Assembly (NCBI GenBank): GCA_046582225.1
Contig: JAYGEV010000253.1
Location: 1-31,986 of the forward strand
Direction of reading: 5' to 3'
From: Pseudomonadales bacterium
GTDB taxonomy: Bacteria; Pseudomonadota; Gammaproteobacteria; Pseudomonadales; Azotimanducaceae
Length of the DNA stretch: 31,986 nt
Each line of letters opens with the position of its first letter. The stretch's first letter is position 1. Positions 7,350-16,284 of the stretch are shown here, piece after piece. Below the pieces are notes generated by a model, which was given only the letters and a program-made list of their open reading frames with translations, had not been told where the DNA came from and searched no databases. The position numbers and the translations under genes are program-made.

Positions 7350-9527
7350 TCAGATGTCTGCCTCTTCAGCTTTTTGTCGGTCGGCGTTGGCGCGGTAGAG
7401 GATGTAGCCCAGCACGCGCCGGGAGTCTTCGACTGTCATCCATTCCTTGAACGCCCCCATGCCTACCGGTGCGCGCGCGCCTTCGAGCACGATTTGATCA
7501 AACGACTCCACGATGGCGGGACCCATGAAGCGCAGATCCGGCATCACCCCGAAACTCTTCGCCTGGCCGCCGTGGCAGCGAGCGCAGAAATCGTGGTAGA
7601 GCACGCTGCCGCGACGCAGTTCGTGTCTGTCGGTAGACATCAGCGGCTGCTCCGGCGGAATCTGAGCTCGCTTCTCCGGCTCGGTTAACTGTTCGTTGCC
7701 GCCCAGCGAGAACACCAGCAGCTGCGGGTGATTGCCGTAGGTGTCGGTGGCGGTGTTGGCCTGTTTGCCGCCAAAGCTTTCGGCACCGCCGGACCCGGTG
7801 AGAATGGCCACGTACTGGGTGTCGTTGATCGCGTAGGTAATGGGTGGTGCGATGATGGAGGTATAGGTGTTGAAATCCCACAAGCGCTCGCCGGTGTCTT
7901 TGTCGTAGGCGTAGATGTGTCCCATGCCACCGCCCTGGAATACCAGCCCACCGGCGGTTGCGACCACCCCGCCGTTCCAGTAGTGGTCGAGCTTGTTCTG
8001 CCAGCGCGTTTCGCCCGTGAGCGGGTCGAAGGCCGTGAGATACCCCTGGGTTATCGGCGAGGTGACGCCCTCCAGCAGGTCGGCCGTTTCCAGATCGACA
8101 CCCATATTGGTCTGGCCCGTGCGCCACTTGTAAATGCCGGTTTCCTGGAACGTCGGATCGATCTTGAACCAGAAGGCGGAGTCATGCGTGCCGAGATACG
8201 CGATGGCGGTTTCCGGGTCCACACTCATCGCCTGCCAGTTGTGCGCGCCGAACGGTCCTGGGAGCACCCATTTGGCTTCGGTGTCGTAGTTGCCCTGTTC
8301 GAGTTCCACCGGGCGGCCGGTTTCCATATCGACGTGAGAAGCCCACGTGACCGATGCAAATGGATGGGCGCGCAACAGCTCGCCATCGGTGCGGTCGATC
8401 ACGTAGAAGAAGCCGTTCTTGGGCGCCTGCATGATCACCTTGCGTGCAACTCCGTCGACCTCAAGATCCACCAGTGCCATATCCTGTGTGGAGGTGAAAT
8501 CCCAGTTGTCGCCCGGCACCTGCTGGTAGTACCAGTTCATCTCGCCCGTATCGGCGTTCACCGCAACGATGGAGGCGGCAAACAGGTTATCGCCACCGCC
8601 GGGGCTGCGGATCACGCGCGCCCACGGTGCCGCATTGCCCATGCCCAGGTACACCTGGTTAAGCTCGGCATCGTAGACAATCGAGTTCCAGACGTTGCCG
8701 CCGCCGCCGTATTTCCACCACTCCCCACCCTTCCAGGTTTTTGCGGCCAGTTCCATTTCGGGATGCTCGAACGGTTTGCTCGGATCCCCGGGAACCGACC
8801 AGAAACGCCAGACCTGCTCGCCGCTGTCGGCGTCATATGCCGTGGTGTAACCCCGGGTGCCCCATTCAGAACCGCCGTTGCCGATGTAGATCCTGCCGCC
8901 ACCGACCCGGGGGGCGCCGCTGATGAAATACGGAATGCTGCGATCCACGATGGTGTCGACCTTCCACACCTCTTTGCCGGTCGCTGCGTCCACGGCGATG
9001 AGGTAGCCGTCGATGGTGGCGACGTAGACCCGCCCGTGGTAGACGGCGATGCCGCGGCTGAACGGCGCCCAGATCGTGCCAATGCGACTACGATCAACCT
9101 CGGGATCATAGATCCAGCGCGTCTCGCCGGACTCCGCATCCAGGGCGAATACGATGTTCCAGGCGGTGGGAAATATCATCAGGCCGTCCACCACCAGTGG
9201 GGTGGCTTCCTGGGCATGAAACGTGCCCAGATCTTTGTGCCAGACAAGCCCCAGTTCGCCGACGTTGTCGCGATTGACCTGTGTGAGCGGCGAGAACCGA
9301 TTCTCGGTGAAATCCATGCCGTGCGCGATCCAGCTGCCGGGCTCGTTTTCGAGCGCGGCCTGGATGCGTGCGTCGTCGACCAGGCCGATGGTTGGTGCTG
9401 GTGCGGCGTCAAGCGCCTGAACCGATTCCTGCCCGCTGGTCGCGGGAGCGCTGTCACCCTCGCGCGTAACAAAATAGACGGCCAACGCGGCCAGAACGGC
9501 CACGGTTGCAATGATCCATGTCTTCAT
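7350..9527 (-). CDS. Quinohemoprotein PQQ-dependent dehydrogenase (type II ADH-like) with C-terminal cytochrome c
   Basis: Propeller motifs (EATPLVVDG, GNGGSEWGTRG, PGDNWDFTSTQ, QAPKNGFFYVIDR, GAHNWQAMS), a CARCH heme motif at 7572-7586 and a distal Met (VGMGAF). SD AAGGGGGG precedes ATG 9527. Confidence 0.93.
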   Translation of the reverse strand: MKTWIIATVAVLAALAVYFVTREGDSAPATSGQESVQALDAAPAPTIGLVDDARIQAALENEPGSWIAHGMDFTENRFSPLTQVNRDNVGELGLVWHKDLGTFHAQEATPLVVDGLMIFPTAWNIVFALDAESGETRWIYDPEVDRSRIGTIWAPFSRGIAVYHGRVYVATIDGYLIAVDAATGKEVWKVDTIVDRSIPYFISGAPRVGGGRIYIGNGGSEWGTRGYTTAYDADSGEQVWRFWSVPGDPSKPFEHPEMELAAKTWKGGEWWKYGGGGNVWNSIVYDAELNQVYLGMGNAAPWARVIRSPGGGDNLFAASIVAVNADTGEMNWYYQQVPGDNWDFTSTQDMALVDLEVDGVARKVIMQAPKNGFFYVIDRTDGELLRAHPFASVTWASHVDMETGRPVELEQGNYDTEAKWVLPGPFGAHNWQAMSVDPETAIAYLGTHDSAFWFKIDPTFQETGIYKWRTGQTNMGVDLETADLLEGVTSPITQGYLTAFDPLTGETRWQNKLDHYWNGGVVATAGGLVFQGGGMGHIYAYDKDTGERLWDFNTYTSIIAPPITYAINDTQYVAILTGSGGAESFGGKQANTATDTYGNHPQLLVFSLGGNEQLTEPEKRAQIPPEQPLMSTDRHELRRGSVLYHDFCARCHGGQAKSFGVMPDLRFMGPAIVESFDQIVLEGARAPVGMGAFKEWMTVEDSRRVLGYILYRANADRQKAEEADI

Positions 9528-9577
9528 AGGTTCCCCCCTTTCGCGCAAAGTGTAATCTAACAGCGTGACCGCTGTCG

Positions 9578-10315
9578 CTACTGTGGCGTGGCGACTGGCT
9601 GGACCTGACCCTGCTTCGACAGCACTTTCAAGCCCTCGCGCTTGGACAGAGGAGACAGCTGCTGGTCATGTTTACCTATGTAGCGGGCTACCACGGTCGG
9701 GTGCGTCTTGGAGTACTCGCGTAACGCCCAGCCAATGGCCTTGCGCAGAAAAAACTCGCTGGAATCCATGGATGACTCGATGGCGTAGAACAGCAGCGCT
9801 TCGTCGGTGCGGGCTTTGAATTTGAGCTGCGCCAGGATCGATGTGCGACGTCTCCACAAGTCATCATCCCTGGCCCAGCGGGTCATCTCGGGGGTCAACT
9901 GACTGCGGTTGGCCGCCAGAATGTGGCCCACGAGGTTGATCGCAATCGTGTCCACGTAGTCCCACCAGGCGCCGGTGACGATGAGTTCATCGAGCATCGG
10001 CATCGCGTCCATGGTCAGCCATTGGTGATAGGCTGAGGACCCGGCCAGCTCCATCGCGCTGTATCGTTCCTCACGGAACTTCGCGTTGCGCCAGATCTCC
10101 AGCACAACATGGCGCCAGCTGGCCGGATCGGGGAGCGGATGTGCTTTGAACACCGCCCGCGCGATCTTGCGCTGAACCGGCATTACCACCCCCAGGTAGG
10201 GCATCTCGGACTTCATGTAGGCCTGCTGTTGGGGCGCCTTGTTAGGATCTGCAACCGCTCGCAGCTCGCGCAGCAGGTGTCGACGGATGGCGTGGCTGCC
10301 CGGTGGTTTAGTCAT
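9578..10315 (-). CDS. DNA alkylation repair protein (AlkD-like HEAT-repeat family)
   Basis: QQAYMKSEMPYLGV, FREERYSA, WWDYVD, DLWRRRTSILAQL, EFFLRKAIGWALREYSK. Confidence 0.88.
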   Translation of the reverse strand: MTKPPGSHAIRRHLLRELRAVADPNKAPQQQAYMKSEMPYLGVVMPVQRKIARAVFKAHPLPDPASWRHVVLEIWRNAKFREERYSAMELAGSSAYHQWLTMDAMPMLDELIVTGAWWDYVDTIAINLVGHILAANRSQLTPEMTRWARDDDLWRRRTSILAQLKFKARTDEALLFYAIESSMDSSEFFLRKAIGWALREYSKTHPTVVARYIGKHDQQLSPLSKREGLKVLSKQGQVQPVATPQ

Positions 10316-10929
10316 CAGTTTTCACGAGCAGACTGACCGAAGTTGTTTCCGTCGACGACGAATGATTCCTCGTCTGCGGTGGAGGCACGTCCCAGCGCGG
10401 CGTTGCGATGGGGAAATCGACCGAAGCGGCGAATGATGTCGCGATGCCGCCGAGCGTAGCGCAGCGAGTCGGTGAGACGCTCGGTTTGTGCTGTTGGAGA
10501 CGCGTCTCGCAGCTCCATAAACAACCCCACGCACGTGTGCTGATCGATGAGATTTTCGGAATGCTCGAACGGCATGTATAGAAAATGGCGTTCATCAACA
10601 TCCAGAGGTAAATCCTTGCCCGCTTCGACGCCATCGTGGGCGGCGGCCAGAGCCAGATGGTCGGTCGCGTAGGCTCGCCGCTCGCCACGGAATATGTTGC
10701 GTGGCAGCTGGTCGCAGACAAGAACATAGGCCAGCCGGCCGCGCGGCGAATTCAACCAGGGCTGCAGCTCGCCAGTGAGGGCGGCATCGATCAGGTGTCC
10801 GAACTCGTCGCCCAGCTCCGCATCGAAAGCCTTGCCGCCATTGAACCAGCGTCGGCGATGAGCCGCGTCGGAGAATCCGTCGGTCAGCTCACCGAACCAG
10901 TATCCGAGTATCAGATCGGGTCCTGTCAT
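10315..10929 (-). CDS. DUF924-family protein
   Basis: YWFG...RWFNGG..FDAEL, DQLPRNIFRG, FLYMPFEHSE, HRDIIRRFGRFPHRNAALGRAST. The stop overlaps the AlkD start (TGATG). Confidence 0.9.
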   Translation of the reverse strand: MTGPDLILGYWFGELTDGFSDAAHRRRWFNGGKAFDAELGDEFGHLIDAALTGELQPWLNSPRGRLAYVLVCDQLPRNIFRGERRAYATDHLALAAAHDGVEAGKDLPLDVDERHFLYMPFEHSENLIDQHTCVGLFMELRDASPTAQTERLTDSLRYARRHRDIIRRFGRFPHRNAALGRASTADEESFVVDGNNFGQSAREN

Positions 10930-10949
10930 GGGTACTTCGCTGAACGCAG

Positions 10950-11876
10950 CTACAGGCCCCAGCACTCCATGTCGTTGGCGAACATCAGCGGGCCGTCGTA
11001 GTGCTTCTCGATGGCTTCACGACTTTGAGATTCGCGGCCTCGGGTCCGGTTCATGCGATGGCCCAGTATCAACATGCGGGCGTTGGCCTGGTTGGCGATG
11101 GATCCCAGTTGGCCGGGTAGTGCATGGAGGTCTTTCGCCGCGCCGCGTGCCGTTTCAGGAATTGCGTGGGTGACCACCAGTGCGTCGGCGTCTTTGGCGA
11201 ATCGCGCCAGCACGTTCTTCTGATTGTTGAAATCTCCGCTGAAGACGATGATCTGGCCGCCCACCTCCACTCGCCATGCCACCGCCGGCACGCTGCCATG
11301 GTGTACGGGCATCGCGGACAGCCGTATGTGCTGGGTTCCGAAGCGTGACCAGCGTCGCTGACCGGTGGCAGGAACATTGCGGGCGTTGATCTTGTAGCCT
11401 CCCTCTGACTTGTAGGTGAGGAAGTCGGCAAGATAGGGATACGCGCCTTCGCGGCCGATCATGCGCTCTACAAACGTCTCGGTGTCCGGAAACGTGTCGT
11501 TGCCGTTAGGCCCGAGCACCGTCAGCGGCCGGTCGCGTTCGGAAAAGGAGGAGCCCTTCACGTAGGCCGGAAAATCCGAGGTGTGATCGGCGTGCAGGTG
11601 CGTGAATACGATCGCGTCGAGATCTTCGAACTCGGCCCCCGCCAGGTCAAAATTGGCCGACGATCCTGGTGCCGTATCAACCAGCAGGCGCGCCCGGTTG
11701 TCCAGCCAGACCAGATAGCTGGCCCCGGTCTGCCCATCGTCGAGCTCTGGCCCACCGCCGCCGAGGATCTGCAGCCAGAAACCTTCGGTTCCACAGTATC
11801 GCTCATCGCTTGCCGCCCAGCCGAAGCTTGCGATCACGCCGAACGTCAGGAACAGCGCCGCACGCAGGGTACTCAT
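10950..11876 (-). CDS. Exported MBL-fold metallo-hydrolase (RNase Z/arylsulfatase-like)
   Basis: Signal peptide, LGGGGP, LLVDT, FTHLHADHTSD, FSGDF, LILGH. Confidence 0.85.
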   Translation of the reverse strand: MSTLRAALFLTFGVIASFGWAASDERYCGTEGFWLQILGGGGPELDDGQTGASYLVWLDNRARLLVDTAPGSSANFDLAGAEFEDLDAIVFTHLHADHTSDFPAYVKGSSFSERDRPLTVLGPNGNDTFPDTETFVERMIGREGAYPYLADFLTYKSEGGYKINARNVPATGQRRWSRFGTQHIRLSAMPVHHGSVPAVAWRVEVGGQIIVFSGDFNNQKNVLARFAKDADALVVTHAIPETARGAAKDLHALPGQLGSIANQANARMLILGHRMNRTRGRESQSREAIEKHYDGPLMFANDMECWGL

Positions 11877-11879
11877 GTT

Positions 11880-13838
11880 TTAGGATCCTCCCTGGAGATT
11901 GTCGATGTCGGCGAGTATGTGCTGCACGCCGGCTTCATCGGGCATGCGCCAGTCGCCGCGCGGTGAAAGGCTTACCGAGCCGACCTTAGGTCCCGGCGGC
12001 AGCGTGGTACGTTTGAACTGCTGCGCGAAGAAGCGTTGATAGAACACCTTCAGCCAGCGCTTCAGCTCAGCGGCGCTATAGCTGTCGGTGAATGTCAGCA
12101 GCGCCAGATGGAAGATCTTGGCGGCCCCTTCGCCGTTGCGAAGAAAGTGGTAGAGAAAGAAATCGTGCAGCTCGTACGGACCGATGATGGCTTCGGTTTC
12201 CTGGGCGATCCTGCCATCGGCATCCGGTGCGATCAGCTCCGGGGAGATCGGAGTGGCCAGGACCCGCTGGAGCACGTCGCCAAGGGTGGAATCAGCCCGG
12301 TGTGTCGCATACCAGCGCACCAGGTAGGCCATCAGGGTTTTCGGTACGCTGGCATTGACGTTGTAACCAGCCATGTGGTCGGCGTTAAACGTACACCAGC
12401 CGAGCGCCAGTTCGGACAAATCGCCAGTACCCACGACGAGGCCGGAGACCTTGTTGGCGTAGTTGAAGAGAATCTGCGTTCGCTCCCGGGCCTGAGCGTT
12501 TTCGAAAACCACATCGTCGCGGCTCTCGTGATCGAGATCGGCCAGGTGCTGGTCGACGGCCGCATTGATTGAAATTTCCTTCAGTTCGACACCGGTGGCG
12601 GCGCACAGCGCGTGAGCCGATTCCAAGGTGTGCGGCGTGGTGCCTGGACCGGGCAGGGTGAGCGCGTGAATCATCTGCCGCGAATGGTCGAGCTTCGCCA
12701 GCGCGTCCAGACACACGAGAAACGCACACGTCGAATCCAGGCCCCCGGACAATCCGATGACCAGAGTCTTGCTGCGCGCGGCCAGGGTCCTGCGCGCCAG
12801 GCCCGTGGCCTGAATGTTCAGAATTTCCTGGGCCGTGGCATCGAGCTGAACCTCATCGGTCGGCACGAAGGGTTGTCGGGGGTAGTGGCGTTCCAGCCGT
12901 GAAATCGACGCGGTTCGCGGCATCGTCTCCACCAGGTGATAGGCCGCTGGCCTGGCGGCATTGGTGAAGGTGGTATTTTGCATGCGGTCGTGGCGCAGCT
13001 TGTCGATATCCAGATCGACGATGAGGGTTGTTGCGCCGAAGTTGAAGCGCTCGCTCTCGCCAATGGTCTGGCCGTTTTCGCAGGCGATGAGATGACCGCC
13101 AAACACCACATCTTTGCTGGATTCCAGCGGTCCGCTGCCGGCGTACAGGTAGCCGCAGATGCCGCGCGCGCTGGCCATGCGCACCAGATCGCGACGGTAG
13201 TCGGTCTTTGCGACCAGTTCATTGCTGGCGGAGAGGTTCACGATCAGTTCCGCCCCGGCCAGGCTGTGCCGAATGCCGGGCGGTTCCGGTGACCAAAGAT
13301 CCTCGCAGATCTCCACCGCGAATCGGAATCCGCCGACGCGCAGCAGTTGATTGGTGGCAATTCTGAACTCTCCAAGCACCGGATCGACGACCACGGCGTC
13401 TACCGCTTCGCCGCCCACAAACCAGCGGCGTTCGTAGAATTCGCCGTAATTTGGTAGCGCGACCTTGGGAATCATCGCGCGGATGCGCCCCTGGGCGACA
13501 ATCACCGCGCAATCCAGCAGACGTCCGTCGTCCAGCAGGTATGGCGCGCCTACCACGCATACGATGTCGCCGCAGGCGTCGGCGATGAGCTTGAGAGCCT
13601 GGATGTTTGCCCGCTGCAGGTCCTGGCTGAAAAACAGATCCTCGCAGGAGTAGCCGGTCACGGCGAGTTCCGGGAACAGCGCGAGGGTTGCCTCATCGTT
13701 GCTGAGCGCCTGAATGTGCGCCACGATCCGTTCGGCGTTGCTCAGGGGATCGGCCAGGGTGATCTCTGGCGCAACGGCCGCAATCCGCACGAAGCCGAGT
13801 TCCGCGTAGTCCTGAGCGCCCTTGTTCTCTCCGATCAT
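11880..13838 (-). CDS. nadE: Glutamine-dependent NAD+ synthetase (nitrilase-like glutaminase plus synthetase), long form
   Basis: Glutaminase triad segments FPEL, PK.ALPNYGEFYE and EICEDLW; synthetase segments GLSGGLDS, ENAQARERT, GTGDLSELALGW, QQFKR and SPRGDWRMP. Confidence 0.95.
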   Translation of the reverse strand: MIGENKGAQDYAELGFVRIAAVAPEITLADPLSNAERIVAHIQALSNDEATLALFPELAVTGYSCEDLFFSQDLQRANIQALKLIADACGDIVCVVGAPYLLDDGRLLDCAVIVAQGRIRAMIPKVALPNYGEFYERRWFVGGEAVDAVVVDPVLGEFRIATNQLLRVGGFRFAVEICEDLWSPEPPGIRHSLAGAELIVNLSASNELVAKTDYRRDLVRMASARGICGYLYAGSGPLESSKDVVFGGHLIACENGQTIGESERFNFGATTLIVDLDIDKLRHDRMQNTTFTNAARPAAYHLVETMPRTASISRLERHYPRQPFVPTDEVQLDATAQEILNIQATGLARRTLAARSKTLVIGLSGGLDSTCAFLVCLDALAKLDHSRQMIHALTLPGPGTTPHTLESAHALCAATGVELKEISINAAVDQHLADLDHESRDDVVFENAQARERTQILFNYANKVSGLVVGTGDLSELALGWCTFNADHMAGYNVNASVPKTLMAYLVRWYATHRADSTLGDVLQRVLATPISPELIAPDADGRIAQETEAIIGPYELHDFFLYHFLRNGEGAAKIFHLALLTFTDSYSAAELKRWLKVFYQRFFAQQFKRTTLPPGPKVGSVSLSPRGDWRMPDEAGVQHILADIDNLQGGS

Positions 13839-13846
13839 GGGGCTCG

Positions 13847-13852
13847 ATTCTA
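13847..13852 (-). promoter_or_regulatory. -10 element (TAGAAT) 8 nt upstream of the nadE ATG; leaderless-like
   Basis: Minus strand reads TAGAAT-cgagcccc-ATG with no SD. Confidence 0.5.
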
Positions 13853-13918
13853 ACTGGGCTCGCCTTTTATACCTAAAGTGTAGAGAATCGCTGGCTTGGA
13901 TAGATTTTGGGGAAGTGC

Positions 13919-15019
13919 ATGAATTTCGAATTTAATGAGGACCAGAACCTGCTGCGTGAGCAGGCACAGGGTTTTCTGAAGGACAACTGTTCGCTCGCGG
14001 TGGTGCGAGCTGTATTGGAGGGCGATGCTGCCTACGATGCAGATCTGTGGAAGAAAATCGTCGACATGGGCTACACGGCCACGGTCATTCCCGAGGAATT
14101 TGGCGGCCTGGGTCTTTCGTATCTGGAACTGTCCGTAATTGCCGAGGAACTCGGCAGGGTTGCTGCGCCGGTGCCGTTTTCTTCTTCCGTTTACCTGGCA
14201 ACCGAAGCGCTGCTGCTGGCAGGTTCGCTCGAACAGAAAGAGACCTGGCTTCCACGCCTGGCGGCGGGCGAGGTCATTGGCACCTTCGCGTTTGCCGAAG
14301 GCCACGGCAGGCCAAGCCCTTCCAGCCTCACCGCGACCGTTAACGATGGCAAACTGACCGGCACCAAACTACCCGTTGCGGATGGCGCCGCTGCCGGATT
14401 CGCGGTGGTTGTCGCGAACAACGGGCTGTATCTGGTCGAGCTGGATCAGGAGGCGGTGACCCGGAGCGATGTGCAGACCTTGGATCCTTCGCGCGGGCAC
14501 AGCCGGATCGAGTTTGCCGGAGCCGCGGCCGAGGCATTGGGCGATCCCGGCGAAGGATGGGCACTGACCCAGAATATTCTCGATCGCGCTGCGGTGTTGT
14601 TTGCCTGGGAACAGGTAGGTGGGTCGGAAGCCTCGCTGGAGATGGCCAAGGAGTATGCGATGGGGCGTTACGCTTTTGGCCGACCCATTGCGTCCTACCA
14701 GGCAATCAAGCACAAGCTTGCCAATATGTACGTCAAGAACACCCTCGCGAAATCCAACTGTTACTACGGCGCATGGGCGCTCGACACGGGCGCGGCGGAG
14801 TTGAGCCTTGCTGCCGCAACCGCTCGGGTGTCGGCGACCCAGGCGTACTATTTTGCATCCAAGGAGAACATCCAGACCCATGGCGGCATGGGGTTTACCT
14901 GGGAGTTCGACTGCCAGCTGTACTATCGCCGCGCAAAGCTGCTGTCGGTGAATGTCGGCAGCGAAGGGTTCTGGCAGGACCGCTTGATCACTGCGGTTGA
15001 ACAAAGCAACGCCGCCTAA
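13919..15019 (+). CDS. Acyl-CoA dehydrogenase, non-catalytic (beta-type) subunit of a heteromeric pair
   Basis: ACAD fold with a degenerate TFAFAE (instead of FSEP..GSD), FGRPIASYQAIKHKLA and IQTHGGMGFTWE. It lies 12 nt before a second ACAD. Confidence 0.85.
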   Translation: MNFEFNEDQNLLREQAQGFLKDNCSLAVVRAVLEGDAAYDADLWKKIVDMGYTATVIPEEFGGLGLSYLELSVIAEELGRVAAPVPFSSSVYLATEALLLAGSLEQKETWLPRLAAGEVIGTFAFAEGHGRPSPSSLTATVNDGKLTGTKLPVADGAAAGFAVVVANNGLYLVELDQEAVTRSDVQTLDPSRGHSRIEFAGAAAEALGDPGEGWALTQNILDRAAVLFAWEQVGGSEASLEMAKEYAMGRYAFGRPIASYQAIKHKLANMYVKNTLAKSNCYYGAWALDTGAAELSLAAATARVSATQAYYFASKENIQTHGGMGFTWEFDCQLYYRRAKLLSVNVGSEGFWQDRLITAVEQSNAA

Positions 15020-15031
15020 GGAGCACAGGTA

Positions 15032-16243
15032 ATGGATTTCAACGACACAGCAGAAGAATCGGCGTTCAGGGAGCAGGCCCGGAGCTGGCTCACCGATAAC
15101 GTTCCAACCAGATCCGAGCTTGAGGGTATGGATTACATGGAGAAATCCAAGCTCTGGCAGAAGCGTAAGTACGACGCCGGAATGGCCTGTATTCGCTGGC
15201 CCAAGCAATACGGCGGTCGCGACGCCAGCGCCATCGAACAGGTGATCTGGAATCAGGAGGAGGCGCGTTTCAGCAACCTTCCCCAGGGCGTTTTCGGCAT
15301 CGGCCAGGGGATGGCGGCGCCGACGATGATGTCCTGGGCCGACGACGCGGCCAAGGACGAGTTTCTGCCCAAGCTCGCCAGCGGCGAGCACATCTGGTGC
15401 CAGCTTTTCAGCGAACCCGCCGCTGGCTCCGACCTTGCCGGGCTGCGCACAAAAGCGGAGCGCGATGGCGACGACTGGGTGATCAACGGTCAGAAGATCT
15501 GGACCTCGGGTGCGCATTACTCGGATTTCGGAATCCTGGTGGTGCGCACGGATCCGTCTGTGGCCAAGCACAAAGGCCTGACTTACTTCTACGTGGACAT
15601 GAAGTCGCCGGGCATCGACATCAAGCCGATCAAACAGATCTCGGGAGATTCAAACTTCAACGAGGTGTATTTCACCGACGTACGCATTCCCGACAGCCAG
15701 CGGCTTGGCGCAGTCGGCCAGGGCTGGCAGGTCGCGCTGACCACGCTGATGAACGAGCGCGCCTCCATTGGCGGCGGTGGGACGGCGGTTGGCTTTAATT
15801 CTGTGTTCAAACTGGCGCAGCGCGTCAACATCGACGACAAGCCCGCCATCGAGGACGCGGCGGTTCGGGCCAAACTCGCCACCTGGTACTGCCAGGAGTC
15901 GGGTCTTCGGTTCACCGGCTATCGATCGATGACCGCACTGTCCAGGGGCGAAATTCCTGGGCCGGAAAACTCCATCGGTAAGCTGGTGGGCGCTCCCAAG
16001 ACCCAGGACATGGCTTCTTTCGCCATTGATCTGATGGAGATGAGCGGGGCGATCTGGGATTCGGAATTTTCCGCGGATGCGGGGATGTTCCAGGCCTCCT
16101 ACATGGGTATTCCGGGATTGCGGATCGCCGGTGGAACCGATGAGATCATGGCCAACATCATCGCTGAACGGGTGCTGGGCATGCCCCAGGAACCCAGGAT
16201 GGACAAAGGCGTTGCGTTCAGCGAGGTGCCTACTGGTTCATAG
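15032..16243 (+). CDS. Acyl-CoA dehydrogenase, catalytic (alpha-type) subunit (PimC/FadE26-like)
   Basis: WCQLFSEPAAGSDLA, INGQKIWTS, FNEVYFTDVRIP, TLMNER, IAGGTDEIMANIIAERVLG. Confidence 0.9.
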   Translation: MDFNDTAEESAFREQARSWLTDNVPTRSELEGMDYMEKSKLWQKRKYDAGMACIRWPKQYGGRDASAIEQVIWNQEEARFSNLPQGVFGIGQGMAAPTMMSWADDAAKDEFLPKLASGEHIWCQLFSEPAAGSDLAGLRTKAERDGDDWVINGQKIWTSGAHYSDFGILVVRTDPSVAKHKGLTYFYVDMKSPGIDIKPIKQISGDSNFNEVYFTDVRIPDSQRLGAVGQGWQVALTTLMNERASIGGGGTAVGFNSVFKLAQRVNIDDKPAIEDAAVRAKLATWYCQESGLRFTGYRSMTALSRGEIPGPENSIGKLVGAPKTQDMASFAIDLMEMSGAIWDSEFSADAGMFQASYMGIPGLRIAGGTDEIMANIIAERVLGMPQEPRMDKGVAFSEVPTGS

Positions 16244-16284
16244 GGAGGGTTCGTAGCGTCGCTGGTAATGCAGTCGCAGCAGGG

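Noticed and set aside
8493-8504. Lanthanide-dependent (XoxF/PedH-type) PQQ enzyme
   Set aside because: The motif is W-D-F-T, without the extra Asp (W-D-[YF]-D) of lanthanide binders.
7728-9560. 610-aa plus-strand ORF antisense to the PQQ dehydrogenase
   Set aside because: Shadow ORF typical of GC-rich codon bias, with no motifs. The opposite strand carries a clearly real gene.
14369-15571. Long antisense ORFs over the ACAD pair (also 1388..2278, 18739..19767, 23433..24347, 30696..31457)
   Set aside because: All lie opposite well-supported genes and show no recognisable domains or start signals.
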